Shown: positions 32,915-43,889 of the stretch, one piece after another
Layout of the letters: every line of letters starts with the position of its first letter
Numbering within the stretch: position 1 is the stretch's first letter
Origin: an uncultured Nitrososphaerales archaeon
GTDB taxonomy: Archaea > Thermoproteota > Nitrososphaeria > Nitrososphaerales > Nitrososphaeraceae
DNA length: 64,000 bases
Direction: 5' to 3'
Assembly: GCA_963695855.1 (NCBI GenBank)
Contig: CAVOHZ010000008.1
Span: forward strand, 224,001 to 288,000
Notes under the pieces: generated by a model
Told to the model about the DNA's origin: nothing
Databases searched by the model: none
Seen by the model: the letters and a program-made list of their open reading frames with translations, nothing else
Translations under genes and position numbers: made by a program

Positions 32915-32986
32915 TTATGACAGCAAAAGAAGTTATGACAGCAAAAGAAGTTATGACAGCAAAAGAAGTTATGACAGCAAAAGAAG
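32915..32986. repeat. 18-bp tandem repeat x4 (ttatgacagcaaaagaag)
   Basis: Encodes MTAKEV repeats at the start of the ORF. Confidence 0.95.
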
Positions 32987-33540
32987 AAAAGATAAATGAA
33001 AAAAATATAACTAAATTTAGTCCAGACAACAGTAATTTCAATGAAAGAGCAAATAGAGACTTTAATAAGACCTTAAATCAACAACAAGATATAATAAACA
33101 AGACACTCGACAACACATTACATAATATAAAGAGAACAGCTGATGAAGCTACACGAGAAATTCCAAAATATACACAACGTATTGCTGAATATCAAGAACA
33201 AACTATTCAAACTATAAAAGATATTGCCTCTGACTTTATTGAAGCAGAAAAAGAAGTAATAAACTCTTTTCATTCACAAGTAGATAAAAACAGTGGTGTG
33301 AACTTCACCGGAATATGGGACTGGTATAATCCACAGAAAATTGTTGAAAACCACGCAGTACTGGTTAATAACTTTACTAGTTATCTGTTAAATACGAGTA
33401 ATCTAATAAACAGCGCTCTAGCATCAAATATGAGCATATACAATACAGCATTAGAACAAACACGTGACAATCTAAAGACGTTGGTAAGAACAAATACTAG
33501 TTACATAAAATCAGTAGGACAATCAGTTAAACCACAATGA
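32917..33540 (+). CDS. all-helical hypothetical protein
   Basis: 207-aa ORF, Q/N/T/E-rich amphipathic pattern; TATA-like tttatatata just upstream. Confidence 0.75.
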   Translation: MTAKEVMTAKEVMTAKEVMTAKEEKINEKNITKFSPDNSNFNERANRDFNKTLNQQQDIINKTLDNTLHNIKRTADEATREIPKYTQRIAEYQEQTIQTIKDIASDFIEAEKEVINSFHSQVDKNSGVNFTGIWDWYNPQKIVENHAVLVNNFTSYLLNTSNLINSALASNMSIYNTALEQTRDNLKTLVRTNTSYIKSVGQSVKPQ

Positions 33541-33830
33541 TTTAGAAATCATACCAGTAAGTAAAAATGGACCATGTTAAATATCTAACATAGTCTAATA
33601 ATCTTAGGTATTTTTTAAATCGTACTATTAGATATATTTATTTTATTTTATAACCAAATTAAGAATTAAGAGGGACTATGAAAATTAGAATAATTATATG
33701 TGATTTTTTGGTAATGCTATCTTTAGGAATAAAGTCTTACATATGGTAGGATTTTAATACATTGTATTTAGTTTTTTATGAAATATCATTAAATAAATTA
33801 GTAGATAGGGATATATTACAAATTTAAAGA

Positions 33831-34460
33831 ATGAACGAAGATTATACAAAAATTATTGAATTGCAGAATAAATTTGCCAAGAAGGTTATAACTAGTGATT
33901 ATCTGAATAATAATAACATTCGTAATGTTTGCGGTATAGATGTTTCTTATAAGGATTTAAATGCTTTTTGTTCTGCTGTGATAGTTAATAAAAATACTTT
34001 AGAAATAACTGAAATAGTAAATGAAAAAAGTATTGTTAAATCTTCATACATTCCAGGACTTTTTATGTTGAGAGAAGCAAAACCTTTACTAAAGACTTTG
34101 AGATTATTAAAAAATACATATGATCTAATATTAATTGACGGTCATGGAATTCTGCATCCAAGAAAATGTGGATTAGCTTCCTACATAGGTCTTATGATTG
34201 ACAAACCAACAATAGGCGTTGCAAAGAAACTATTATGTGGATCAATAATAGAAAACAATTATGTCGAATATAATCAGACAATTCTTGGATATAGAATTAG
34301 GAAAAATAATAAAAAAAACATCTATGTCAGTGTAGGACATAAAATTAGTTTAGAAACGGCAATTGACATTATTAAAAAACTGACCAAAAAATCGGAATTT
34401 ATTCCAGAGCCTTTAAGGATTGCAGATATCAATTCAAAAATATGTAGTAATTTTAGATAG
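33831..34460 (+). CDS. nfi: endonuclease V
   Basis: GIDVSY, YIPGLFMLRE, IDGHGILHPRKCGLAS, IGVAK, PEPLRIAD. Confidence 0.95.
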   Translation: MNEDYTKIIELQNKFAKKVITSDYLNNNNIRNVCGIDVSYKDLNAFCSAVIVNKNTLEITEIVNEKSIVKSSYIPGLFMLREAKPLLKTLRLLKNTYDLILIDGHGILHPRKCGLASYIGLMIDKPTIGVAKKLLCGSIIENNYVEYNQTILGYRIRKNNKKNIYVSVGHKISLETAIDIIKKLTKKSEFIPEPLRIADINSKICSNFR

Positions 34461-34535
34461 TTAACTATATGATGAAATTAATGTAGTTAATGTAAATGAT
34501 GAATATTTAGTTACATTATAGTTAAGTGCTATGAA

Positions 34536-34576
34536 GTCGGGAGTAATACCGATCGCGGTACAAAAATAAGAGTCTA
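34536..34576. repeat. dispersed ~40-bp motif, copy A
   Basis: gtcgggagtaataccgatcgcggtacaaaaataagagtcta. Confidence 0.9.
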
Positions 34577-34737
34577 ATGTTTTAGTATAATGGATAATAT
34601 TTAGGAATTACTTATTTTATTATAAATTGTCTATATAATAAAGAATGTAAGGATCTGTTGAAATAAAAAGTAATGAAATTATGGCATTTAAAAATTATAA
34701 GATACAGAAATACAAGAAGGTTTTCAAGAACTTTCTT

Positions 34738-35361
34738 TTATTTACTGCGATCAAAGAGAACTTTATTCTTATTTGCTGCAACTTTATCCATTACTGGTTC
34801 TCTGTCATCAAGTGTTATTTCCATCGACGATTCTTTACCTACTTTAGTGCTAGTAGTATTGTCAGAAAATGGGCTATGATCATGTTGATTTCTATCTTTT
34901 AATTCGTTCTCTACCAAATTTTTGATTTGGCCTGCAGTAACACCAACTGTTTCTGGTTCTTTTTTTGTAGTTTTCGCTTTTTGTTTAGTTGCTATTGAAG
35001 AAGATTGTTGTTGTTCTTTTTTCTTTGTTTTTCCAGTCGATTTATTTTGAACTGATTTTTTTATTTTCTTTGTTATTGATTTTGCTACGTCTCTTGCTAC
35101 TGGAAAAGAAACACCTGACCTACTTACAGTTTGAGCTAATCTATCTGTATTGAATTTCTCCTCTCTTCCACTTGACCTTTTTAAAACTATATCTTTTTTA
35201 CTTTTCAAATTCGACTTACTGGTTCTTTTAGATTTTGGTTTATTTGAAATATTTGAGTTTAATAAATTAGATTTAGTTTTTTTTAATACTTTTTTCTTTT
35301 CTTTTTTGATATCATTTTTAATTTTTCTTCCTTTACTATTTTGTTTAGATTTTTTTATCAT
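34738..35361 (-). CDS. Lys-rich protein with ATP-cone-like domain
   Basis: VLKRSSGREEKFNTDRLAQTVSRSG...VTAGQIKNLVENEL matches the ATP-cone pattern. Confidence 0.7.
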   Translation of the reverse strand: MIKKSKQNSKGRKIKNDIKKEKKKVLKKTKSNLLNSNISNKPKSKRTSKSNLKSKKDIVLKRSSGREEKFNTDRLAQTVSRSGVSFPVARDVAKSITKKIKKSVQNKSTGKTKKKEQQQSSSIATKQKAKTTKKEPETVGVTAGQIKNLVENELKDRNQHDHSPFSDNTTSTKVGKESSMEITLDDREPVMDKVAANKNKVLFDRSK

Positions 35362-36124
35362 ATTGTATTATTTCTAGAATAATAAGAATAAATACAAATT
35401 TAAATATTTTCAAAACTTTAATTAAATTCATCTAATCTATTACAAAAAATAAGTCCTTTAAGTTAGGATAAACTGATTCTTTATCTTTATAAAGAAATAA
35501 ATTATATAACATAAAATTTCTCTGAAGTATCAAATGTACCTGGAAGATTTTATCCAAAGTAAATCTATGAATATATATGTTGCCTATTCTAATTCAGTTT
35601 AGGTTTTTGTTTTTTTTAAAACATGAAAAATTCATATTTCTAAGTTATATATTTTAAAGGCAAGAGTAAATCCTAATGCAAGGGACATGTCAAATTTGTG
35701 GTGCAAATAATGAAGAATTACAAGAAAAGAACTCATGATGGTCAAGTTGAAACGTATGTTATAATTAAGGATAATTATAAAGTAAAACATAAAAAAACTA
35801 ACAATAATTTAAAATGATTATCCTCTTTTTAAAATATTAAATAAAAAAATTATAATGAGCTATATTTTGCATTTATTCATTAACTCCATCATCCCAAAAA
35901 AACTGTAGTAACATTATCCAATCGATACTGCAACAGCAAAGTAGTATTAAAAGTATCTAATACAGGATTAGAACCAACGAGGATAGCATCGAATTTCTAT
36001 ATCTAAAGAACATCTTATGATTTTTAATATTTATGATCGATCTTATCAATATAAACAACACAATCTTCATGACCATATTATAAAATGAGTTGAGTTGAAT
36101 AATTGCTTCTTCAATATATCAAAT

Positions 36125-36169
36125 GTCTCTGTCAAGTTAAGCAGTAAAAGCTATAGCTGAGAATATTCT
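36125..36169 (+). mobile_element. isolated IS6 left-end fragment
   Basis: gtctctgtcaagttaagcagtaaaagctatagctgagaatattct aligns with IS6 left ends at 38379(-) and 56422. Confidence 0.7.
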
Positions 36170-36333
36170 CTTTATGACTTCAGCTAGTTAGTTCGTAAGA
36201 GTTAATATAATATCTTGTTTCATCAGAGCAATCCCATGACTAGCAGTAACGGGTTCAAATCCCATCCTCTCCATTGAATGTTAGGTTCTAAGGATATTAG
36301 AAGTTCACATATTGGGGATTAAAAAGCGGAAAA

Positions 36334-36539
36334 GTTTGACTTGACTAAAATAGGGGTTGAACCACCAGGGATTGTATATAATCTCCGTTGGTAAAAGCAA
36401 GGTTTGAATTTGACTAAAATAGGTTTGAAACAAAGCAATTTATACTTAATTTGGATCATGTTTCACTCCCCGTTTGAATTTGACTAAAATAGTGTAATTT
36501 TTTGACACCGTTTGAATTTGACTAAAATAGGTTTGAAAC
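36334..36539 (+). CRISPR. orphan CRISPR-like mini-array, 4 repeats / 3 spacers
   Basis: GTTTGAATTTGACTAAAATAGGTTTGAAAC exact at 36402-36431 and 36510-36539, truncated at 36472-36492, degenerate at 36334-36362; unique spacers of 39, 40 and 17 nt. Confidence 0.8.
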
Positions 36540-36799
36540 TACCACTTTTGACACACTAGCATGATTAAAATCAAAAGAAAATGCATTCTTAGATATTTGT
36601 TTGGGTTGCCTTCAATCCTAAAATAGGGCTGTATCAAGAGTCATGTAAATGCAGAGATTCACAATTATAGTAAACTACTATTTGCCTCTTTGATAATTAT
36701 TTCCTGATAGATAGAGCTTTAGCTGAGTATATAATACTATGAGAAACATGGGAGAAGGATAAGTGATATCTTACAGATAGGACTAATGAATATGATTAC

Positions 36800-37527
36800 A
36801 CAACTGTTAAGTTAACGATCTAGATTTAGCTGTGAACATTCTATTTCTAATCTATATAGTATGAATATTAGATTTGAACGAAATAGAACATCCACAATTG
36901 TAGTAATGTATTCTCTTTATCTATACTTTCTTGGTCTCAGTTTACGTAATACTTCTAAAGCACTAATAATTTTCAAGGACGATAAAAGAAGTCATCTTTC
37001 TGTTTGGAATTGGATACAAAGGTTTGGTTCATTGCAGATATACAAAAGGAAAAGAGTATCTGCATTCATAATAGATGAAACTATTATTCAGATTGGTGGT
37101 CGGCATTTCTGGCTATGGTTTTGTATTGAACCAGTACACAGTTCAGTGCTTGGAATTCATATCTCTGAAGAGAGAAATATGCTTGTTGCTGAAAAATTCA
37201 TAAGGTCTCTTGTATCAAAATATGGAAAACATACTGTATATACAGATAATGGTGGTACATGGTATGATAAACCATGCAACATAATTGGATTAAAACACTA
37301 TTTGCATTCACCATTTCAGAAAAGTTTGATGGAAAGAGTTAACCAGTATTTCAAGGATAGAACTGAATCTTTTGATGACTATTATCCATGTAGACAAATG
37401 GAATGTAATTTATTTCATGTTTATAATTGGATACAATTCTTTGTATCAATGTATAATGATACAATAGCAAATAATACTTATAATTTTCAGTTAAATGAGG
37501 TGAATGTTATCTTAAATTAACAGAGGC
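36800..37527 (+). mobile_element. IS6-family element
   Basis: Ends ctgttaagttaa / ttaaattaacagaggc flank the transposase. Confidence 0.8.
36861..37520 (+). CDS. IS6-family transposase
   Basis: [40 protein letters not shown]. Confidence 0.9.
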   Translation: MNIRFERNRTSTIVVMYSLYLYFLGLSLRNTSKALIIFKDDKRSHLSVWNWIQRFGSLQIYKRKRVSAFIIDETIIQIGGRHFWLWFCIEPVHSSVLGIHISEERNMLVAEKFIRSLVSKYGKHTVYTDNGGTWYDKPCNIIGLKHYLHSPFQKSLMERVNQYFKDRTESFDDYYPCRQMECNLFHVYNWIQFFVSMYNDTIANNTYNFQLNEVNVILN

Positions 37528-37661
37528 TATCAAATAAAGTATTATAGATTATATGTAATTATTAAACAAGAGAAAATTACATAGACCTCAATTATTGTAT
37601 CTTCATATTGTAATGATAAAATTTTTGACAATCTCTTAATAACTATGTTGTTCAAGGTAAC

Positions 37662-37847
37662 ATGATGATGTTTTATCACCATGATGATGATAGGTTTAAA
37701 AAAATTATAGATGAATTTATCTTATCTTCATCAGGTAATGAATCCTTAAGATATGCTCTAAAAAATATCGATGTACTAGCATCAAAATTAGGAATATCAT
37801 TTTATCATATGATATTTATATTAATTAAAAAACAATATAATCAATAG
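37662..37847 (+). CDS. small hypothetical protein
   Basis: 61-aa ATG ORF between two IS6 copies. Confidence 0.5.
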   Translation: MMMFYHHDDDRFKKIIDEFILSSSGNESLRYALKNIDVLASKLGISFYHMIFILIKKQYNQ

Positions 37848-37867
37848 CAAAAAGATTATTAAATAAT

Positions 37868-38379
37868 GATGGTGAGTGTAGATAATGTTTTAATCCAATT
37901 ATGTTGCATGGTTTATCATACCATGTACCACCATTATCTGTATATACAGTATGTTTTCCATATTTTGATACAAGAGACCTTATGAATTTTTCAGCAACAA
38001 TCATATTCCTATCTTCTGATATATAGATTCCAAGCACGGAACTGTGTACTGGTTCAATACAAAACCATAGGCAGAAATGCTGGTTACCAATCTGAATAAT
38101 GGTCTCATCTATAATAATAAAAGCAGTTACTCTTTTTCGTTTATAGATCAGACAGGATCCAAATCTCTGAATCTAATTCCAAATAGAAACATAACTTCTC
38201 TTCTGATCTCTAAATATAGTTAATGCCTTAGACGTATTTCGTAGACTGAGACCAAGAAAATATAGATAAAAAGAATATATTACTATACAGGCACATGTTT
38301 TATTTCTTTCAAATTTGATTTTCATAGAATATTTAGAACATTCTCAGCAATAGCTTTTGCTGCTTATCTGAACGGAGCC
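37868..38379 (-). pseudogene. truncated IS6 element/transposase
   Basis: Left end at 38379, ATG at 38325, in-frame TAG in the WNWIQRFG motif, 3' truncated after YLHSP. Confidence 0.85.
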
Positions 38380-38430
38380 CAAGACTCTTAGAGTCTTCAG
38401 TTGTTACCATGCATTAGACTATAATATTAA

Positions 38431-38691
38431 TTAGTTGTTTTCGATGGTAGTTTGTAATAATTCTCCCATTTCGTTATGCATTTTAAGAAAGTTTAATCCT
38501 TTTTCGGTGGTCTTGAATGTGTGAGTCCCCTCAATGTATTCTATTAGGTTGTTTTCTATCAAAACAGAAAGATATTCTTTTAATTGGGTATAACTTAGAA
38601 AAGCTTTATACATAATTTTTGTCTTTGTTGTGCCTCCATTTGCAGCGTTAAGTATATTACTCACTATTTCGGTTCTACTTCTGTATTTCAT
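38431..38691 (-). CDS. small winged-HTH regulator (HTH_45/DUF4364-like)
   Basis: MKYRSRTEIV...TKTKIMYKAFLSYTQLKEYL...TTEKGLNFL. Confidence 0.88.
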   Translation of the reverse strand: MKYRSRTEIVSNILNAANGGTTKTKIMYKAFLSYTQLKEYLSVLIENNLIEYIEGTHTFKTTEKGLNFLKMHNEMGELLQTTIENN

Positions 38692-39021
38692 AGTTGTTAT
38701 ATAAGCGATTTACTTATTTTAATATTCTGGTAAAAGAAAACAAAGGAAAGTTATAATAGAATCATTGTAGATACTAGTTACAATTAGAGAAAGAGAGACA
38801 AAATTTTTCGTTTTTTAATAATTTTATGAAGGAAAATGATAAAAATATGATTATGTTGTTGGTCGCAGCATTTTCTATGCTGTTATATTACGCTATTAAA
38901 CCATCTTAATCCAGTATGTCAATTCTATCAGAACGATTTGCTATTGGTCAAGAACCCAGTTTAGATTATTCTCTAAATTTCTTATCTTCTTTTAACTATT
39001 AATTTATTAGAATACTTTGGG

Positions 39022-39225
39022 TTAGTAAAACCACCTAAGTGTATTGGATAAAAACTTATTGGGCTCGTGCTGCAGGGAATATCTTTCACCTTTGAAATAA
39101 TGTTGATAGAGCGTGAATTCTATTAGTAGCCAATGTTTTTTCAATGCACAATCTGATTCCACCTCAAAAAGGAAAATATACATATCTCGGAAATTTAGAT
39201 AAAAATCACTTTGTTTTTCATCCAT
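39022..39225 (-). CDS. hypothetical protein or fragment
   Basis: 67-aa ATG ORF; no family recognised. Confidence 0.3.
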   Translation of the reverse strand: MDEKQSDFYLNFRDMYIFLFEVESDCALKKHWLLIEFTLYQHYFKGERYSLQHEPNKFLSNTLRWFY

Positions 39226-39385
39226 TATTTGTTTATAAAATACACCAGTTGAATAATCGATAATTCATATATTCTATTCAAATGATCCTGTAATAGTCGT
39301 CTATTTGACTAAATGTCATATCTGTATCAATTAATCCTCATCCTCTTCTTAGAATGTAAATCTTTATAATTAAAAAAATAGCATA

Positions 39386-39931
39386 TTATTTTGGATAGAT
39401 ATGCCATATTATATGCTTTCCAGACGAGATACAATCTATTCCAACATTATCTCCATCCTCTGTAGCCAGAGAAGCATTACAAGATAATCCACTTGTACCG
39501 TTTTTAATTATCTCACTCATCTGTTCTTTTAATTGTTGAGATGGTGCTAAACTTATTTCCTCTAATAGTTCTTCCTCAATTTTAATTAAATTATTACCTA
39601 CGATAGCAGATACAATTTTAGTAGAGTTATCTATGTTCCCTATCTTGTTTTGTTCAAACAGTAAAACATACAATTTTTCATCAGTATTTTCAAGATCTTG
39701 TCCGTTAACACGTTGTAATACTGTAATGGTATTACTCATATCAATGAATAAAGACAAAGAGAATGTTACAATCAAACATATTATTGATAGAATTTTCATT
39801 TTAATTGAAAAATAAGATAATACTATAAAAGTTTTTATCATGATATCGATAGATTTACCAAGTGAATTTGGACAATTTACTTTAATCATAGATTTTTCCC
39901 ATACTAAATGATTAGACAGAATTAAATACAC
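39386..39931 (-). CDS. secreted hypothetical protein (true start probably at MKILSII)
   Basis: Hydrophobic leader then soluble domain with two Cys. Confidence 0.65.
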   Translation of the reverse strand: MYLILSNHLVWEKSMIKVNCPNSLGKSIDIMIKTFIVLSYFSIKMKILSIICLIVTFSLSLFIDMSNTITVLQRVNGQDLENTDEKLYVLLFEQNKIGNIDNSTKIVSAIVGNNLIKIEEELLEEISLAPSQQLKEQMSEIIKNGTSGLSCNASLATEDGDNVGIDCISSGKHIIWHIYPK

Positions 39932-40159
39932 TATAATATTCTATTTTTAATATATGGTATTGTAAAATTTTGTTTATTATGATGAGTTATTAAGTTAATC
40001 ATTTTCCAAATAGAACTTATGTAGTAGGGTTCTAACACCTTGTATTTACATTCTTAAAGATATTCTTATATCTTTTACCACATCTTTGAATTTGATTGAT
40101 AATTAACATAAAAAATAAATTGATAATAATAAAAATACATTTTAGTGTATTTATTTGAT

Positions 40160-40730
40160 TTTAGCTTTGGTTATGTGATAGAGATCATCATCACATGATA
40201 GTATTACTACAAGTTTGTACTTCCCTTTCTTTATGTAGTCGTTATCAGGAATATTTGCACGGACTGTATCATGTCCATGTGGTGGAGAATTGTCATCATA
40301 AAACTCTATCTGTTTGCCTTCGAGTTCAACGCTTTCGTCCTCTTCACTACCTGGTTAAGTGACTTGTCCGTTCAGAAATAATGCTTTGACAAAATCCATA
40401 AATCCACATGGGTATTTATACGATATTTCAATTTCCTCTTTTGGATTAAACTTTATTTTCTTTAATTTTGCATGATCATTTGTTAAAACCTTAGGATCAT
40501 TAAAATCTTGAATATAGTCTGCATCAATCTCATATTCTTTTCCATTTTCTTTTTTTTATTTTTATTGGATCAATATCATCAAATCTATCTGCATATGCTT
40601 GTAGTGACGGTAAACTAATAAGACTTATAGAAAAAAGTAATGCTATTGTATACAATACTATAATGGCATTATATGTTTTTTTCCCATTATTTTGATTCCA
40701 TAGCATGGTAGATAAATATTCTGGCCGCAT
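40160..40730 (-). pseudogene. frameshifted secreted-protein gene
   Basis: Signal peptide in ORF 40530-40730; coding-like sequence continues in other frames after an A-run. Confidence 0.45.
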
Positions 40731-40901
40731 GATTTTATTTGTTGTATTTTCTGCTTAAAACTCTTATTTGCTTGGGACCTAATTATAAATAACAAATAAA
40801 TTTAAATATTTTGGTATCTTTATAACAGTCACAATGAATAATACCATTAAAATAGATTACAAATCGTTTGGGTTGCCATTGGGAATATTGTTATTATTAC
40901 T

Positions 40902-41201
40902 ATGATTAGCAGTGGTGTTATTGATTCTGTATATGCAAGTCATAACAAAGTAAAAGTAGGTTGTAAAGACCTTGCTCTTGCTCTTATAACCTGGGACCAA
41001 TTATTAAGTATAGGAGATCCCGATGACATAGCAGAGAATGAGCATATATTAAATGAGGAAGGTGTAGAACCAGATTTATACGAAGATATAATTGACAAAC
41101 ACCTTGAAGATTTATTAGATGAAGCTGACGATGAATGCAATAATCTTGATAATGACATAGAAAGACTACTTGATGACATAGACTGCAAGTTACCATTCTA
41201 A
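40902..41201 (+). CDS. acidic hypothetical protein, probably secreted (leader frameshifted from ATG ~40834)
   Basis: D/E-rich helical ORF, three Cys. Confidence 0.55.
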   Translation: MISSGVIDSVYASHNKVKVGCKDLALALITWDQLLSIGDPDDIAENEHILNEEGVEPDLYEDIIDKHLEDLLDEADDECNNLDNDIERLLDDIDCKLPF

Positions 41202-41576
41202 CTTTTTTTGCATTTTGTTAAGTATATAAAGTAATTAATTGTTGTTTCTATTAGAACTATTATCATTTAAGCATTTTAATTTACCATAATATTTTTTTAT
41301 CTTTTTCTTTCCCATTTGTTTATAAAATGGTATTTTTTCCTCTGAAGGATTTATATCAAAATTGTGCTTTTAATTAGTTGAGTCATTACAATAAATTTTA
41401 AGGGAATTAAATATGTTAGACCCTCCGTAATAAAGTAGGATTAAATCATAGATATGATCTGGATTCAATTATAACTTAATTCAATATATTAGATGATTTT
41501 TTATGTTGTACAAAGTAATTATCCCTATTTTCGAATGGAACAATAGATTGAAATTTATCTTTCATTTTGAGATATA

Positions 41577-41604
41577 AATATTTTTTCGGCGCCGAAAAAA
41601 TATT
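41577..41604. other. perfect 28-bp palindrome
   Basis: aatattttttcggc|gccgaaaaaatatt. Confidence 0.95.
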
Positions 41605-42288
41605 ATTACAAATATAAAAAAATTATTTTCATACAATTATCAGCAGGATGGCTGGAATGGCTCAGATATATGCCATCCTGTTGTCAGTTACCCATCTTTG
41701 GTGTAATGATATCATTACTTCGTATTTGTATTATTTATGATATTTGGTAGTAAAAATAAAAAATATTTTTTCATCGCATTTCATATTGATTGTCGATAAT
41801 AATTTAGCGCGTATACAATCTATTTGTATATTGGTAGACGAGTTGCACTTTAGTTTATAAGAGTATACATAATATAATTTGTTTCTTAGTTAGAGTCTAA
41901 CACCATCTACATGTCAGGCCAATAAAAGGAATTGTTGCAATTACAGTTATCCCTACAATCATTCCTATTATGCAGATGTTGAATTTTGTTAGCTTGAACA
42001 TGTTCCTTTATTCTTCTTAGAATAGAAAAAGATTTTCCTCGTCTGAAAATGGAGATGGCTGTAAGAAAGAAACATAATTTTGAACATAAGAGAGTAAAGA
42101 CCAATAGAGTTATAAGGGACCATTTGGTAGTAACTTGAGTTACATAAATATGTTTAAATATATTGAAAACTATAAATTTTCGTTTAAAACATAAACTGAA
42201 AATATTATCAATAGGTCTAATGTTATAGTACAAAGAGATATTATTTAAGATTTACTTTAAATCTTAATAAAAATAAAGTTGAATTTTG

Positions 42289-43401
42289 CTACTTCAACAA
42301 TTTTTTAATGGTGTTTATTAATATCTTTCTATCAACGGGTTTTATCAATATTTGTTCCTTGGATAAACCAGGAACTATAGTTAATATTTCATCTGATATA
42401 TCTAAAACAGTTATAAAAAGAATTTTGATTGTTGGGTCTATTGATTTTATTTGTTGTTCTAATTGAAATCCATTCAAATCTTTCATTTTGATATCGAGTG
42501 TTACTAGTAGATCATTAAAATTTGGAAGATCTTTAATAAAATTCAATGCATTTGAGGAATTTGTAAAAGAAATTATTTCATAACCATCATCCTTTAAAAA
42601 TGATTCATAAGTAAAAAGTATATCTGGGTCATCATCGACTAAAATTATTCTTTTGTTATTGTTTCTTTGAAGAAGAAACGAATTGTATTTACTTTTAGTT
42701 TGTATAAAGTCGTCAGTAGAGGAACCTGACATTTGCTTCCTGAGAAAGTATGTAGTACTACTATCATCATCAAGAGACAAATTATTAACTTTTTTTATAC
42801 TATATGTAGGGTATGCAATTGTTTCGGTTATCATACATTCACCATTATTTATAAAATTATAATTGTTAGCAATATTAGAAAACGATTTTAAAATTCTATA
42901 AAAATTATCTCCAATAATTATTTGATTTGAAATAGACAGTGATGAATTTATCTTTGAACAGCGGTTTACAGTTGACCCGAATAAATCTATCTGGCTATAA
43001 TCACCAACTAAAGCTAAATCTAAAACACCAAAATCCATACTAATTTTATAGCTGAATGGGGGAAGATGCTGCTTGGACAATTCTTGATTAACAGTATGAC
43101 GGGAATCTAAGATTTTCAAGCCACATTCAATAACTTCTCTAAAAGCGTTTTCGTTTTTATTATCAGATGCTTTTGGAAAATATAATAATAAACAATCACC
43201 AATATTTTTAATAACTTTCCCACCATAATTTTTAACTATTTTAGATACTGAATTCATAAATTTAGAATAATACATTCTAATATGTTCTAAATTGTCCATT
43301 GTAATAGTATTTTTAGTCGAATCTACCAAATTAATAAAAACTACACAACTCTTCATTGAATCGCCAGAAAATCTTATTTCTTCTGAGGAAAAATTTTTCA
43401 T
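42289..43401 (-). CDS. class III adenylate/guanylate cyclase-like domain fused to receiver domain
   Basis: FINLVDST, KNIGDCLL, DLFGSTVNRCSKI; C-terminal LVDDD...LDIKM...KP. Confidence 0.9.
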   Translation of the reverse strand: MKNFSSEEIRFSGDSMKSCVVFINLVDSTKNTITMDNLEHIRMYYSKFMNSVSKIVKNYGGKVIKNIGDCLLLYFPKASDNKNENAFREVIECGLKILDSRHTVNQELSKQHLPPFSYKISMDFGVLDLALVGDYSQIDLFGSTVNRCSKINSSLSISNQIIIGDNFYRILKSFSNIANNYNFINNGECMITETIAYPTYSIKKVNNLSLDDDSSTTYFLRKQMSGSSTDDFIQTKSKYNSFLLQRNNNKRIILVDDDPDILFTYESFLKDDGYEIISFTNSSNALNFIKDLPNFNDLLVTLDIKMKDLNGFQLEQQIKSIDPTIKILFITVLDISDEILTIVPGLSKEQILIKPVDRKILINTIKKLLK

Positions 43402-43889
43402 ATTATTTCACACGAAACTAAACAACTAATAATTTTTTAGAGTAGAATAAAAGGGGTAAAAAATTATTTAAAAAGCTAAAGAATTTTTGAATATTTAATG
43501 TTATATTTTCTATCAATTCTCTTTGATTGTATAAAAAATTATCTGTATCTTCTTTTATATTGTCATTTTGTTTTTTATTTACGTCTTTTAAGTTTGCCAT
43601 ATTAGTAACTAAATTTATTATAGTTTCTGCAACTTATAAACTATAGTTAAAAGTAAAAATTAGGTAAAATTATACTAAAATATATATAAAATAGATATTC
43701 TTTATTAGATTTCATATTACTAACAATTTACTTTTTTTTTTATCAAAAAAATTGAAATCATCTTTTTTCTTTATTCACGATAAGAGGGTGGGGTTTTTAG
43801 ATGACAACATACATATCCATACTGCGGTATAAGGTAGAATTTAGTTAAATTAAATATAACATTTTAACATGAAATATAATAATTAACAA

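Noticed and set aside
41635-41712. SAM-I riboswitch-like start (ttatcagcagg...)
   Set aside because: Core SAM-I elements and a downstream sulfur-metabolism gene are missing; kept only as a hairpin
41907-42233. 108-aa ORF as a real gene
   Set aside because: No protein-like pattern; probably spurious or a decayed leader fragment
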